Virus record (IMG/VR): IMGVR_UViG_3300018946_000033
Span: 5,717-69,716 of that record
Length of the DNA stretch: 64,000 nt
Source of the DNA: a virus
Strand: one strand, 5' to 3'
This document shows positions 18,053-28,274 of this stretch, piece after piece. How positions within the stretch are numbered: position 1 is the stretch's first letter; every line of letters begins with the position of its first letter. A program made the position numbers and the translations under genes. Under the pieces are notes generated by a model. The model saw only the letters and a list, made by a program, of their open reading frames with translations, had not been told where the DNA came from and made no database searches.

Positions 18053-19156
18053 TTACGCCTCGACGAGTGCGGTGTTCGTGCCCAGCCGCAGAACCGTGAA
18101 CTCGAACGGGTACCCCGTCTGAGCAAACATCGTCATCGACGACGCGGCGGCGTTGCCTCGTTGCAGCAGCACCGCGAACGTTGCGCTCGTCTGGGCTGGG
18201 CCCGTGACGTACGTGGTGTCGATGACGGCGAGGCCACAGTAGTCGTTGTCAGGCAGCGCCAACGGGGTCGTCGCCTGCAGGTCTCCGTTGGCGTACAAGC
18301 TGACCAGTGCCGTGTCGTTCGTGACCGTGGAAATGACGCGGGCGTTCACTGTGACCCGGTACGCGGTCGACACGGCCAGCGCGACGCCCTTGCTGAACTG
18401 GGTCACGGCGGTCGCGCCGGTAACGGCGGCGAAGTTGCCGCTCACGCGGCGCTTCGAGTAGATGTGCGTGACCGCGTTGGTGGCGTCCGCGAGGCGGAGG
18501 TTGGTGGTGCCGTTGAAGTGGTACGGCACCGTGGCGGTGGGCACGGTGATGTCGGCGTTCAACTGCCCAGGCGGCATCGACGTGGGCGCGGTGCCGATCC
18601 ACGGGATAGACCCGCCCAGCGCGGCGGCGAACGGGCGACGGTCAGCCACGTTGCCCGACGTGATGCTCGAAACCCCAGCACCCACGTTGACCTCGGCCAG
18701 CGTCACGTACGAACCGTCAGCGGGTAGCGCCGGAGTGCCGCCTCCAGGCGTCCCAGCGATCACGACCGGCGGCGGTCCGTCCCGGTCGTTGCCGATGACG
18801 AGGGCGTCGCGGACGCGGGCAACGATCAGATCCTTACGGACCAGCGACACGTGCGACGCGGCAATCGTCAACGTCGTCACGTCGGCGAGGGCGTAGCTGT
18901 ACGCGCCCTGCGCGGAGGTGCTCGACCCCTGGATCACGGCCATGCCAGGGTTGACCTTCACGGTCATGTTGGGCGTGCTCTGCGCCTGCACCAGCAGGTC
19001 CGTCTGCGCCGCGGTGCCCTTCACCCCGGACCGCACCCCGAGCGGGTTCGTCGACCCGGCGAACACGGGGCTGACCGTGCCGAGGCGAAGTTCCTGCCCC
19101 GTGTAGGCGGGGACGTTCACTGACGCGTCAAGAGCCCACGGGTCATACGTCGGCAT
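18053..19156 (-). CDS. Minor tail protein, possible receptor-binding
   Basis: PNMTVKVNPG, RKDLIVARVRD, LAEVNV motifs; synteny. Confidence 0.8.
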   Translation of the reverse strand: MPTYDPWALDASVNVPAYTGQELRLGTVSPVFAGSTNPLGVRSGVKGTAAQTDLLVQAQSTPNMTVKVNPGMAVIQGSSTSAQGAYSYALADVTTLTIAASHVSLVRKDLIVARVRDALVIGNDRDGPPPVVIAGTPGGGTPALPADGSYVTLAEVNVGAGVSSITSGNVADRRPFAAALGGSIPWIGTAPTSMPPGQLNADITVPTATVPYHFNGTTNLRLADATNAVTHIYSKRRVSGNFAAVTGATAVTQFSKGVALAVSTAYRVTVNARVISTVTNDTALVSLYANGDLQATTPLALPDNDYCGLAVIDTTYVTGPAQTSATFAVLLQRGNAAASSMTMFAQTGYPFEFTVLRLGTNTALVEA

Positions 19157-19239
19157 GGGATGGCCTCTCCGTCGTCGTCAGCCGGGCACGGTGAAAGCCG
19201 CGGGCGCAAAAGACGACCGCGGGATGGGGTTGAAGAGGG

Positions 19240-20166
19240 CTAGCGCCAGGCTGAGCGGAACCGCACCGTCGCGGAACCCTCGCCGTCGGCCGCCGCCAAC
19301 TGCAGCTCGTTCACGCCCGGGGCAAGCTCCCACCAGGCCGAACCGTGCAGGATTGTCGACGCGCGCGACGTGATGCCGTTCAGGAGGACTGAGCGGCGGT
19401 CGAAGTCGAGCACCACCCACTCGCCGCCGGCGATCACCGACGTCAACGCCATCGTTTGCCCGGTCGTCACATTGGTGATCTGAGGGTTCGACAGCGGACC
19501 CGAGAACGTGATCACCGGCCGCGTGCCGAACGTCCCGCCGTTCGTGACCGTCTCCGTCGTTGAGGATGACCCCACCGACACGATCGAGAACGGCACCGAG
19601 AACGGCACCACCAAACCGCCCACCGGGTCGGCGGGTGCGGTCATCGTCAGGACCGTCTCCGACGTGGAGTAGCGGCGCGGGTCCGGGGCGACGAGGGACA
19701 TCTGCCACTCGAACGCCGTCTCGTTCAGGTCGGCAACCTTGGGGTCGCCGACGATGCGAACCATGCACTGCCGGGTTAGGCCCGACGTTTCCGTCACGAC
19801 CAACGGGTACAGCGAACGAAGATCGGAGCACAGCGAAACGATCGTGTCCCGCGCCAGTAGGACCAGGTCGGTCGTTGGTGCGAGCGTGACGCCGCTGATG
19901 GTCATGGTGCGCGGCCCGAGGTACGACGGTCCGTCGAACCCGCCATGGTCTGATGGTCGCTCCGTCGCGCCGGTCCGCATGGAGGACCCGCCCCACCAGC
20001 CGTCGAACCCGGTCGCCCACCACTCCGTGCCGTTGTAGTCGACAGCGTTCGCGGCCCAGTCGTCGAGGCGCAGGTGGGCGGCGACAAGTGCTGTGGTTGG
20101 CGGCCGGTACGCGGACAGAGCAACGAACGCTTCGGGGGAGACGTATACCCCTGCGGGGATCGGCAT
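19240..20166 (-). CDS. Distal tail protein (Dit-like)
   Basis: LVAPDPRRY, WWELAPGVNEL, RSAWR; follows tape measure. Confidence 0.85.
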   Translation of the reverse strand: MPIPAGVYVSPEAFVALSAYRPPTTALVAAHLRLDDWAANAVDYNGTEWWATGFDGWWGGSSMRTGATERPSDHGGFDGPSYLGPRTMTISGVTLAPTTDLVLLARDTIVSLCSDLRSLYPLVVTETSGLTRQCMVRIVGDPKVADLNETAFEWQMSLVAPDPRRYSTSETVLTMTAPADPVGGLVVPFSVPFSIVSVGSSSTTETVTNGGTFGTRPVITFSGPLSNPQITNVTTGQTMALTSVIAGGEWVVLDFDRRSVLLNGITSRASTILHGSAWWELAPGVNELQLAAADGEGSATVRFRSAWR

Positions 20167-20183
20167 GTGTCACCACCGCCCCG

Positions 20184-23100
20184 TCATCGCATTGCCCAGG
20201 CGAGTTCGCTCTTGACCTGCTGGGCGATTTCGCGTGGCGACTGGTCCGAGCCGTTGACGTTGATGTTGACGGTGGGCCCGCCACCTCCGCCTTTGCCGCC
20301 GGCGGCCATGCTCTTCAACTGGTCCTCGGTGAACACCCACTCCGTTTTGCCGGTGCCGTTGTACGCCATGGTCAGGCCTGGCGGGAGCGGCCCGCCCTGG
20401 TCGTAGGCCCAGTGGATGTGCGCGTTGGGCTCTCCGGGTAGGCCGTGGTTGGCGAGCAGCGACGCGGAGAACCGGTGGTACTGGCCGTTGTAGATGTTGT
20501 GCGCCGGGTCGAGCTTCGAGATCAGTTCCTTCGACCTCGACCCGTAGTTCGACAAGATCCAGTCGAAGACGTCCTTGCGGGGCGGGATGTCCACGGCTCG
20601 GCCTTTGCTGTGCCACGACGCGTTGCCCGAGCTGGTGACCGCGCCTGGGCGTAGGCCGGAGTACAGGGCCAGCCCGGGGAACGCCTGGCGGAGCCTGCCG
20701 ATCTGCCACGCCCAGCCCGAGCCGGTCGGGCCGATCGGTGCCCCGGGCGGCGCCCCGGACGCGGCTCCAAGGGCCCGCATCGTGCCGCCGCTGCCCTCAG
20801 TGACCCGGGCGAGCATGCCTTTGACCAGGCCGAGCATGCCGTTGACGAGGTTCTCCGGCATGTTCGCGAGCATCTTGCCCAGGTCGCCGTACTGGCCCAA
20901 CTTGCCGACCGCGCCCTGGTACTGGCGGCGCAGCCACGCGCCGGGGTTGGCGACCCCGTCAAGGACCGACCCGACGATGCCGCCGACCGCGAACCCCGGA
21001 ATGCCCATGGCCTTCGCTGCGCCGGCCACGCCGCCTGACCGGGCCGCCGCGTTCCACTCGTGGATTGCCGATGGGCCCAGGGCGCGGGTGACCTCGGGCC
21101 GGAGGATCGCCTCGCCACCGCCCACGGCGATGAGTTGCGTGTCCCGCCCGGGCGTGTAGCCGGGGATGACGCCGCTGTACGCCGGGGCGATGCCGCCGGT
21201 GGCGAAGCCCTGGATCTCGCCGACCGTGCCGACGCCGAACTTCGTGGCCAGGCTGTTGTAGCCGCGGATCAGCGGGTTGATGACGCTGTTGACGACGAAC
21301 TCGACGGGCTTGCGGGCCAGTTCCTTCACGCCCTCCCACGCCTTGCCGATCGCGTCGACCCCGGCGCGGAAGCCTGGGACGACGTGGTTGCCGATGAAGT
21401 CGGCGAGGGCGGTGAACGTGGGCTTGATGAACTTGTCCCACACGGCGGAGATGGTGTCCTTGATGCCGTTCCAGATTGGGGTGATGACCTTGTCGAGGAG
21501 GAACCGGAACACCGGGGCGAGCACGTGGTCGATCTGCCACTTGATCGCGGTCCAGATGACGAGGATGCCCTTCCAGGCCAGGTCGATTGCGGCCTTGATG
21601 CCGTTCCACACGGGGGTGATCACGCTGTTCCAGAGCCACGTGAACACGGGGGCGAGAACGGCCTTGATGTAGATCTCGACCAAGCCGAAGATGATCTTTA
21701 TTGCCGTCCAGGCGATGTCGATCGCCAGCTTGATGCCGGCCCACACCGGAGTGATCACAGCGTTCCAAAGCCATGTGAACACGGGGGCCAGCACGGTCCG
21801 GACGACCGTCTCGATGACGCCGAAGATCGCCTTGATCGCGGCCCACGCGACGTCGATGGCCAGCTTGATCCCGGCCCAAACGGGCGTGATCACGTTGTTC
21901 CATAACCACATAAACACGGGCGCCAACACGTTGCGGATGTACGCCTCGGCCAGGCCGAAGATCACGTTGATCGCAGCCCATGCGACGTCGATGACCGCCT
22001 TGATCCCGGTCCACGCCGGCTGGACGATGTTGTTCCAGAGCCATGTGAAGACCGGCCCGAGCACGGTGCGGATGAACGTGTTGATGACGTCGAACACGAC
22101 CTTGATCGCGGCCCATGCCACGCTGATCGCCGACTTGATGCCTTCGAACGCGGGGACGACCGCGTTGTTCCGGAGCCACATGATCGCCGGGCCCAGCACC
22201 GTGGACACGAACGTCTTGAGCGCCTCGAACGCGGGCTTGATGACGTTGTTCCACGCGGCCACCACGACCGCGCCGATCGCCACGAACGCCGGCTCGATGG
22301 CGTTGTGCCACAGCCACAGCACGGCCGGCACAACGCCGTCCATGATCGCTGTCTTCAGGCCATTGAAGGCGGGCTTGAGGACGCCCTCCCACGCGGACAC
22401 CGCGGCGGACTTGATCCCCGCCCACGCCGCGTCAACGAACTCCCGGAACTTGCCGAAGTGGTTGTAGGCCGCGATCACGCCGATGACCAGCCCAGCCAGC
22501 AAGGTGACGATCAAGCCCACGGGAGTGGCGGCCATCGCCGCGCCAAAGCCCTTCGTCGCGGCAGTCGCGATGCCCGCGCCGACGCTGTACACGGCAAAGC
22601 CGGCAGCGACGGCGGCGATCCCGACTGCGATCGCAGTGATCTGCGCCGTCGAGAAGCTGCTCAGCATGTCGAAGAACCCGGTGAGGCCAGTCAGCGCGAT
22701 CGATCCGATCGGCGCGAGGCCGGTGACGATCTTTCCCACTACCTCGGCGATCTTCCCGCCGAGGTCGACGACCTTCGCGCCGTTGACCGCGATGTAGTCC
22801 AGGAACTTGTTGAACGACGGGTTGTTCGACAGGCCCGCCGCCCACGCCGCGAACTTCTCCGACATGCCCACAAGGCCGCCGCCGAACTTCTCCGTTAGCG
22901 GCCCGAACGCCACCATCAGATTCGCGAACGCCAACGCCACGTTGCCGACGACATCGCCCATGCCCTTCAGCGCCGGCCCCGCCGTCGAGCTGACGAACGC
23001 GAAGAACGGCTCCCACTTCGGTGACGCCAACGCCTCACCGGCGGACTTCGCCATGTCGCCCAACACCTTGCCCACATCGGCGACAAGGGCCTTCACCATG

Positions 23101-25478
23101 GGCAGCTTCGGTAGGAGCGCCTCAATGCCGGCCTGCACCCCGGGCAGCACCCCCGCCTCGGCGGTGCGCCGCAAGTCGTCGAACGTGCCCTTCAGCCCGA
23201 AGATGAACGTGGCGAACTCGCGCCCGGCCGGCGACAACCCCGCCATGGCCGTAGCCAGCTTGTCCATCGACGCCGAACCGGCAGACCCAGCGTCCTGCGA
23301 CGCCTGCTGCACCTGCTGCTGCGCCGAAACAACCGCCTGCTGCGCCTGAGCGATGCTGAACGCAGCCTGCCGCGCCTGGTCCGCCTGACCACGGCGGGCG
23401 TCCGCAATGGCCTGCTCCGCGGCGCCGATAGTCGCGGTCGACTTCAACGCAGACTGCGTCTCGGCCTGCCGGGCGATCCCAACCCCCGCCTCGGCCGCGG
23501 CGATCAGCTCCGCAGACCGCTGCGCCTGCGCCGCCGAGTCGCTGCGCGCGTCGCTGACGCCCGCCTCGGCCTTCCGCACCCGCTCCGACGCCGCGGCGAT
23601 CGTCTCCTGGGCGGCGAGAACCTGCTTCGACCCGTCGATGCCGGCCCGGTCCGACTCGGCCTTCTGCTCAGCAAGGCGCTGCTGCTGCACGCCCAGGTCA
23701 AGCACGCGCTGCTTCGCCTCGTCGTAGTTCAGCTTCGCCTGCGCCCGCTGCTGCTGCGACTCCGCGTCGGTCTTCCCGGCGAGCTCGGTGTTCAGCTTCG
23801 CGAGGGCCGTGCGCGCCGACTCCTCGTCGAGGGCGGCTTGGCGGGTTGCGAGAGCGTGATGCGCGATCGACGTGGCCAAGTCGTCGTTCGCCTGCTTGGC
23901 GGCCTTCTTCGCGTCGGTCAGCGCCAGGATGGAGATCCGCGCCTGATTCTGCGCCGCAGTCAACGACTGCTCGGCGCTCGTGACGGCCCGTTCCGACGAC
24001 AACTGCGCCGACGTGGCGGTCCGCCGCGCCACTGCGAGCGACCGCACGGCACCGGCGACCCGCTCGGCGGCGGCCACCGCAGCCTGCGCAGCGTCGCTGC
24101 GCGCCGTTTGCAATCGCTGCTCGGCCTGCGCAACTCGCTGCGACGCACTGATCTCGGCCGACGCCGCCGAAGCGCGCGTGTTCGCCAGAGACGCTGTCGC
24201 CGACTGCGCCTGGGCCACCGCCGACGCGATCTGGCTCGTCTTGGCCGCGTTCGATGCGGCGGACTTCCCAGCCTCCTCATGCGCGGCACCCATCGCCTGC
24301 ACGGCCTTCGTCACGCCAGTGAAGGCGAGGACGCCCACGCCGATGCCGATGCCACCCGCGACCGCCGCAGCACCGATCGCGGCAATCGCTGCTGTGGCCG
24401 CCGCCGCGACCGGAATGATCGCGGGGCCGATCGCCAAGCCGGCGGCGATGAGGGTCCCGATAGAGCCTGATGAGCCGGACGCCGCGGCATTGACCGCCCC
24501 GAGCTGCGCGGCGGCACCGCCAGCGTCCACGTCGACCCTGACCGTGGGGTTGGACCCGGCGAGCCGGGCCACCTCAGCCTCAACGGTCGCGAGTTGTGCG
24601 CTAGCCGCTGCCGTGTCCGCCCGGACCTGGATGCTCTCCGAGCTGGACCCGAGGTCGGAAAGTTCCCGATTGATCCGGCCAATCTCAGCGAGGGCCTGCT
24701 CCGCGCTGAGGTCGACGCCGATGCGCTTCGACTGCAGCGACTCGAGGTCCCGGCGGAGCTTGGCGACCTTCGCCTCGGCCTCCGACGAGTCGGCCGACAG
24801 TTCCACATTCGGGAGGGCTTTGATGGCACCGCCGATGCGCCGGTCGATGAGCTGCTCAAGCTGGCCCATCTTGGCCGTGTCCGCCTCGACCGGCACCTTC
24901 ACCGGCTTTGAGGCATCGCGCTGGAACTCCGCGACCTTGCGTTTGAGTGCGTCGACCGCGGCCAGTGCCTTGAGCGAGTCGACGTTGAGCGGGATGTTCT
25001 TGCCCGCGGCCTTCGCCGCCTCAATGTCGCGGGTCAGCGAACCGAGTTGGCGGCTCAGCGCCGCCAGCCGGGTCTGCGCCTCGCCGGCGTCGAGGTCGAC
25101 GCCGATCTTCTGGTCTTTCAGGGTGGCCAGGTCGGCGCGGATCGCCGCGACCTTCCGGTCGATCTTCGACGAGTCCGCGTCGAGCTTCGCCTCGGGCAGC
25201 GCCTTCAACGCCGACTCGATGCCCTTGCGGGCTGCGTCGCCAATGTCCTTGCCGACCTTCGCGCCGCGCGTGGTGGCCGCCGCCGCGCCGGCCTCAACGC
25301 CCCGGGCGAGACCTCCCGACACCTTGTCCTGAAGCTGCCGGCCAACCGCCGCGCCGATCTCGTCGCCGGCCTTGTTCGCGCCGGGACGTGCCTGTGCGAC
25401 GAACTTGTCCCAGAACGCCGTCGCACGGGGGTTGATCTCGACGTACACAGTGCCAACGGATGCGCCTTCGCCGGCCAC
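20184..25478 (-). CDS. Tape measure protein with C-terminal muralytic domain
   Basis: 1764 aa, Ala-rich coiled coils, about 40-aa Trp/Phe repeats, SWHSKGRAVD...HIH. Confidence 0.95.
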   Translation of the reverse strand: MAGEGASVGTVYVEINPRATAFWDKFVAQARPGANKAGDEIGAAVGRQLQDKVSGGLARGVEAGAAAATTRGAKVGKDIGDAARKGIESALKALPEAKLDADSSKIDRKVAAIRADLATLKDQKIGVDLDAGEAQTRLAALSRQLGSLTRDIEAAKAAGKNIPLNVDSLKALAAVDALKRKVAEFQRDASKPVKVPVEADTAKMGQLEQLIDRRIGGAIKALPNVELSADSSEAEAKVAKLRRDLESLQSKRIGVDLSAEQALAEIGRINRELSDLGSSSESIQVRADTAAASAQLATVEAEVARLAGSNPTVRVDVDAGGAAAQLGAVNAAASGSSGSIGTLIAAGLAIGPAIIPVAAAATAAIAAIGAAAVAGGIGIGVGVLAFTGVTKAVQAMGAAHEEAGKSAASNAAKTSQIASAVAQAQSATASLANTRASAASAEISASQRVAQAEQRLQTARSDAAQAAVAAAERVAGAVRSLAVARRTATSAQLSSERAVTSAEQSLTAAQNQARISILALTDAKKAAKQANDDLATSIAHHALATRQAALDEESARTALAKLNTELAGKTDAESQQQRAQAKLNYDEAKQRVLDLGVQQQRLAEQKAESDRAGIDGSKQVLAAQETIAAASERVRKAEAGVSDARSDSAAQAQRSAELIAAAEAGVGIARQAETQSALKSTATIGAAEQAIADARRGQADQARQAAFSIAQAQQAVVSAQQQVQQASQDAGSAGSASMDKLATAMAGLSPAGREFATFIFGLKGTFDDLRRTAEAGVLPGVQAGIEALLPKLPMVKALVADVGKVLGDMAKSAGEALASPKWEPFFAFVSSTAGPALKGMGDVVGNVALAFANLMVAFGPLTEKFGGGLVGMSEKFAAWAAGLSNNPSFNKFLDYIAVNGAKVVDLGGKIAEVVGKIVTGLAPIGSIALTGLTGFFDMLSSFSTAQITAIAVGIAAVAAGFAVYSVGAGIATAATKGFGAAMAATPVGLIVTLLAGLVIGVIAAYNHFGKFREFVDAAWAGIKSAAVSAWEGVLKPAFNGLKTAIMDGVVPAVLWLWHNAIEPAFVAIGAVVVAAWNNVIKPAFEALKTFVSTVLGPAIMWLRNNAVVPAFEGIKSAISVAWAAIKVVFDVINTFIRTVLGPVFTWLWNNIVQPAWTGIKAVIDVAWAAINVIFGLAEAYIRNVLAPVFMWLWNNVITPVWAGIKLAIDVAWAAIKAIFGVIETVVRTVLAPVFTWLWNAVITPVWAGIKLAIDIAWTAIKIIFGLVEIYIKAVLAPVFTWLWNSVITPVWNGIKAAIDLAWKGILVIWTAIKWQIDHVLAPVFRFLLDKVITPIWNGIKDTISAVWDKFIKPTFTALADFIGNHVVPGFRAGVDAIGKAWEGVKELARKPVEFVVNSVINPLIRGYNSLATKFGVGTVGEIQGFATGGIAPAYSGVIPGYTPGRDTQLIAVGGGEAILRPEVTRALGPSAIHEWNAAARSGGVAGAAKAMGIPGFAVGGIVGSVLDGVANPGAWLRRQYQGAVGKLGQYGDLGKMLANMPENLVNGMLGLVKGMLARVTEGSGGTMRALGAASGAPPGAPIGPTGSGWAWQIGRLRQAFPGLALYSGLRPGAVTSSGNASWHSKGRAVDIPPRKDVFDWILSNYGSRSKELISKLDPAHNIYNGQYHRFSASLLANHGLPGEPNAHIHWAYDQGGPLPPGLTMAYNGTGKTEWVFTEDQLKSMAAGGKGGGGGPTVNINVNGSDQSPREIAQQVKSELAWAMR

Positions 25479-25493
25479 AGCGCACCCCCGGAC

Positions 25494-25976
25494 CTATGTC
25501 ACGTCGTAGCCGTGGAGGCGTGCATGTTCGAGCGCGATCGCGCGCAGGGCGGCCTTCGCCGCGGAGTCGGCGCTGCGCTTCGGCTTCGAAGTGGAAACGC
25601 CCGGCCGTGGCCACGGCTTCGGCGGCTTCATGTCGCCGCCGTTGGCCCGGTTCAGGATGTACGCGACCTGCTGCAACGCGTCGATCTGCGCCGCCTGCAG
25701 CATCGCCGTGTGCGACCACCGGCCCCGGCCACTGCGGGCGTCGGCGGACAGCTTCGCCAGCTCGTCGTCGGCCAGCGCGTCCGTGACGGCCGTCTTATAC
25801 GCCGACTCCCCGGGCAACTCGTCCAGGAGGTTCATGCAGCGGCGGTACGTCAGCTTCGACGCGCCGCCCCCCGGCCGCCACAGGTCGCGCAGGTCAATGC
25901 GGTAGTAGTGCTGGAGGTCAGCTTCTATCGGCCCCGCGTGCGCGCCGAGGCGCGCCGTGAGGCCCGTGATTCCCCC
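25494..25976 (-). CDS. Tail assembly chaperone, frameshifted extension (gpT-like part)
   Basis: IEADLQHYYRIDLRDLW; reached by -1 shift. Confidence 0.8.
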   Translation of the reverse strand, partial: GGITGLTARLGAHAGPIEADLQHYYRIDLRDLWRPGGGASKLTYRRCMNLLDELPGESAYKTAVTDALADDELAKLSADARSGRGRWSHTAMLQAAQIDALQQVAYILNRANGGDMKPPKPWPRPGVSTSKPKRSADSAAKAALRAIALEHARLHGYDVT

Positions 25977-26299
25977 ATGCCTTGACCGCTGGCTTCTCCC
26001 CAGGCTTCGAAGAACCTGTCGGACTCCTCGGTCGTCGGGTCGAGCCTTGCCCAGGCGCGGGCGTCGGCCGGCGACAGCGTCCCGGTGGCCCACAGCAGCG
26101 TGTCGCCGCGGGAGAACAGGGCGTTCTTCGCGGACGCGCGCCATCTGGCCACGGGCGGGACAGTGATGTCGGCGTCGTCCTCCTCGGTGGACAGGGTGAC
26201 GACGACCGACCCGTCGTTCTCCTCCGCCTCGACCTCGGCCTCGAGCCGGTCCAGGTCCGCAGTGTCAGCAGCACCAGTGGCGCCGCGTGCCGCCGCCAT
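25925..26299 (-). CDS. Tail assembly chaperone (gpG-like)
   Basis: Between major tail and tape measure; slippery GGGGGAA near 3' end. Confidence 0.85.
   Translation of the reverse strand: MAAARGATGAADTADLDRLEAEVEAEENDGSVVVTLSTEEDDADITVPPVARWRASAKNALFSRGDTLLWATGTLSPADARAWARLDPTTEESDRFFEAWGEASGQGMGESRASRRASARTRGR
25970..25976 (-). other. -1 programmed ribosomal frameshift site GGGGGAA
   Basis: ATG GGG GAA TCA joins the -1 frame GGA ATC ACG. Confidence 0.8.
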
Positions 26300-26877
26300 C
26301 AGCCGAGCGCCGGGATAGCCGCGAACACCTGGTACGTGACGCCGACCGAGTTCGGGTACGCGGACAGCGTCACCTGGAACTCGATGCGCTCGCCGTTGGC
26401 GATGTTCAGGTCGCCCTGGTCGGTGACCTCGACCTGCGGGAAATAGAACCTCAGCCGGTTCGTGCCGTCGATCATGTCGACCACGGCCGCGTACAACTGG
26501 CGGGTGTACGTCCCGGATGTCACCTCGAACACGCCCGTGGAGGCGGCTGGGGTGATGGCGGTCAGGCCCTGGCGGAAGAACACCGCGGCCGAGTACTGGT
26601 TGAGTTCGGCGTAGGTGACCTCGATCGACGTCTTCTGCTCGGTGACGAGCGTCCGCTGGATGGCGGTCGAGCCGTAGATCTTGAAGTCCTTGGTGCTCGT
26701 CTCGTTCTTGATCGAGACGCCGGCCTCGGTGAGCCCGCCCATGTTCTTCCACGCGGCGGCCAGCGCGGTGCCGGAGTCGACGGGCGCGGTGGAGCCGGTC
26801 GGGGCCATCCACAGCAGGCCCGTCCCGTCTGCTCCGGCGGCCGATATGCCGGCGAGCTGCAATTCGTTGTCAGACAC
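26299..26877 (-). CDS. Major tail tube protein
   Basis: WMAPTGSTAP, MGGLTEAGV, FQVTLSAYP; synteny. Confidence 0.9.
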   Translation of the reverse strand: MSDNELQLAGISAAGADGTGLLWMAPTGSTAPVDSGTALAAAWKNMGGLTEAGVSIKNETSTKDFKIYGSTAIQRTLVTEQKTSIEVTYAELNQYSAAVFFRQGLTAITPAASTGVFEVTSGTYTRQLYAAVVDMIDGTNRLRFYFPQVEVTDQGDLNIANGERIEFQVTLSAYPNSVGVTYQVFAAIPALG

Positions 26878-26899
26878 GGTGGGCCCTTTCTCGGGTACG

Positions 26900-26930
26900 A
26901 AAAAAGCCCCGGCCGTGGCGGCGCGGAGCT
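26900..26930 (-). terminator. Intra-operon terminator-like hairpin with U tract
   Basis: AGCTCCGCGCC...GGCCGGGGCTTTTTT on - strand. Confidence 0.5.
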
Positions 26931-26992
26931 GACTGTGCGGATGTTTGGTGTGGCTGGCCCAACGTGGGGCGGTCAGGGTGGCGCGGGCGTTC

Positions 26993-27415
26993 TCAGCCGA
27001 CGCCGGTGTACTGGTGAGTGCGGACCTGGTAGGAGCCGCCGAAGCGCCAAACGACGCTGCGCGAGTCGTACGGCAGGCGAGTGGGCGCGGACAGCGTCTC
27101 GACTCGGAGCACGACGGCGCCGCCGAACATGTGGCCGACCAGCGCCGTGCGGATCGCGGTGCGGATGGCCCCGGCGTGGAGCTTCGCCCCGGCCAGGGAG
27201 TTGGCGTAGCAGTCGATGTCGACGCGGGCCACGTCGATCGTGGGTGTCACGTCGTTGCCGCCGAACCGGTCGATCGTGATGACCGGGTCGGTGCGGAGCA
27301 GGTCGAGGAGGTTCGTGGGGAGGGTCGTCGAGTCGGCCTCGACAACGTTCGCGTAGCCGAGGACCGTCTTGTGCCAGTCGATGAGGAGGTCCGGCACGTC
27401 AACGAAGTTGCCCAC
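26993..27415 (-). CDS. Tail terminator protein
   Basis: ITIDRFGG, ARVDIDCYA; synteny. Confidence 0.85.
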   Translation of the reverse strand: MGNFVDVPDLLIDWHKTVLGYANVVEADSTTLPTNLLDLLRTDPVITIDRFGGNDVTPTIDVARVDIDCYANSLAGAKLHAGAIRTAIRTALVGHMFGGAVVLRVETLSAPTRLPYDSRSVVWRFGGSYQVRTHQYTGVG

Positions 27416-27457
27416 GACGCCCCCGGTCCGTTGATGTCAGATGAGGGCGGCGAGCGC

Positions 27458-27880
27458 CTACTTCGTAGGCTGAGCGGGCCCGGCCTGCCCTGTGGCGTTG
27501 GCCGTTGCGGACGTGGTGGCCACGCCACCCTTGCCGGCTTCGGCCTGCGTCTTCGCGCGCTGCTCCTCAATGCTGGCGGCTATCACGGCCTTCGTGTCGC
27601 CCGGTGCCACCTCAACCTCCAGGGCGGCGGCCATCTCCTCCAACTCGGGCTTCTTCAACGACGCCAGGTCGCCGGCATCGAGCGCCTCGTCGGCCCTCAA
27701 CTCAACCGCGTGGCGCTCCTCGAACTCCGCCACCTCAGCGTCGGTGGGCTTCCGGGCGGTGCCGTCGTTGAGCCGCATCCGCGCAACCTGCGGGTCCACG
27801 TCCACGACGCGGTTCATACGGTCCAGGTCGGGCCGCATGCGGTCCTCGGTGACGGCGTACACGCTCCAGATCAGTGCCAT
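27458..27880 (-). CDS. Hypothetical virion protein with HeH/Rho-N-like motif
   Basis: LKKPELEEMAAALEVEV..DTKAVI. Confidence 0.6.
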   Translation of the reverse strand: MALIWSVYAVTEDRMRPDLDRMNRVVDVDPQVARMRLNDGTARKPTDAEVAEFEERHAVELRADEALDAGDLASLKKPELEEMAAALEVEVAPGDTKAVIAASIEEQRAKTQAEAGKGGVATTSATANATGQAGPAQPTK

Positions 27881-27905
27881 GGCGGCGCTCCATTTCGATG
27901 ATTGG

Positions 27906-28259
27906 TCAGATGCCGCGTGCGGCGATGGTGTCGACCGCCCGGCCGAGGGGTCGCTGCTTCTGCATGTACTTCGTGCCGAACTCCAACGCGAACGCGTAGA
28001 CGTAGTCGCCGCGCCGCACGTCGTTCGACACCCGCGCGTAGGCCACGCCGCCTCGCACCCCGGACGTCACCGTGAACCCGCCGCCGGCGACGCCCGGTTT
28101 CCCGGGCAGCCCGAACGCGTACGCGCCCGTGTCGACCGGGGCGATCCGTTCGGCCTCGATGCGGATCAACTCGGCGCGGCGGTGCAACTCCCCGACGATG
28201 AACGGCGAACCCAGCATGTCGTGAATGCCGGCGCGGTCTTCGACGAAGTCAACGGCCAC
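27906..28259 (-). CDS. HK97 gp10-like neck/tail completion protein
   Basis: APVDTGAY, YAFALEFGT, RPLGRA. Confidence 0.85.
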   Translation of the reverse strand: MAVDFVEDRAGIHDMLGSPFIVGELHRRAELIRIEAERIAPVDTGAYAFGLPGKPGVAGGGFTVTSGVRGGVAYARVSNDVRRGDYVYAFALEFGTKYMQKQRPLGRAVDTIAARGI

Positions 28260-28274
28260 TACGCGCCCCCGGCT

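Noticed and set aside
21400-22400. Regularly spaced repeats resembling a CRISPR array or DGR repeats
   Set aside because: In-frame degenerate coding repeats of the tape measure protein; no reverse transcriptase seen
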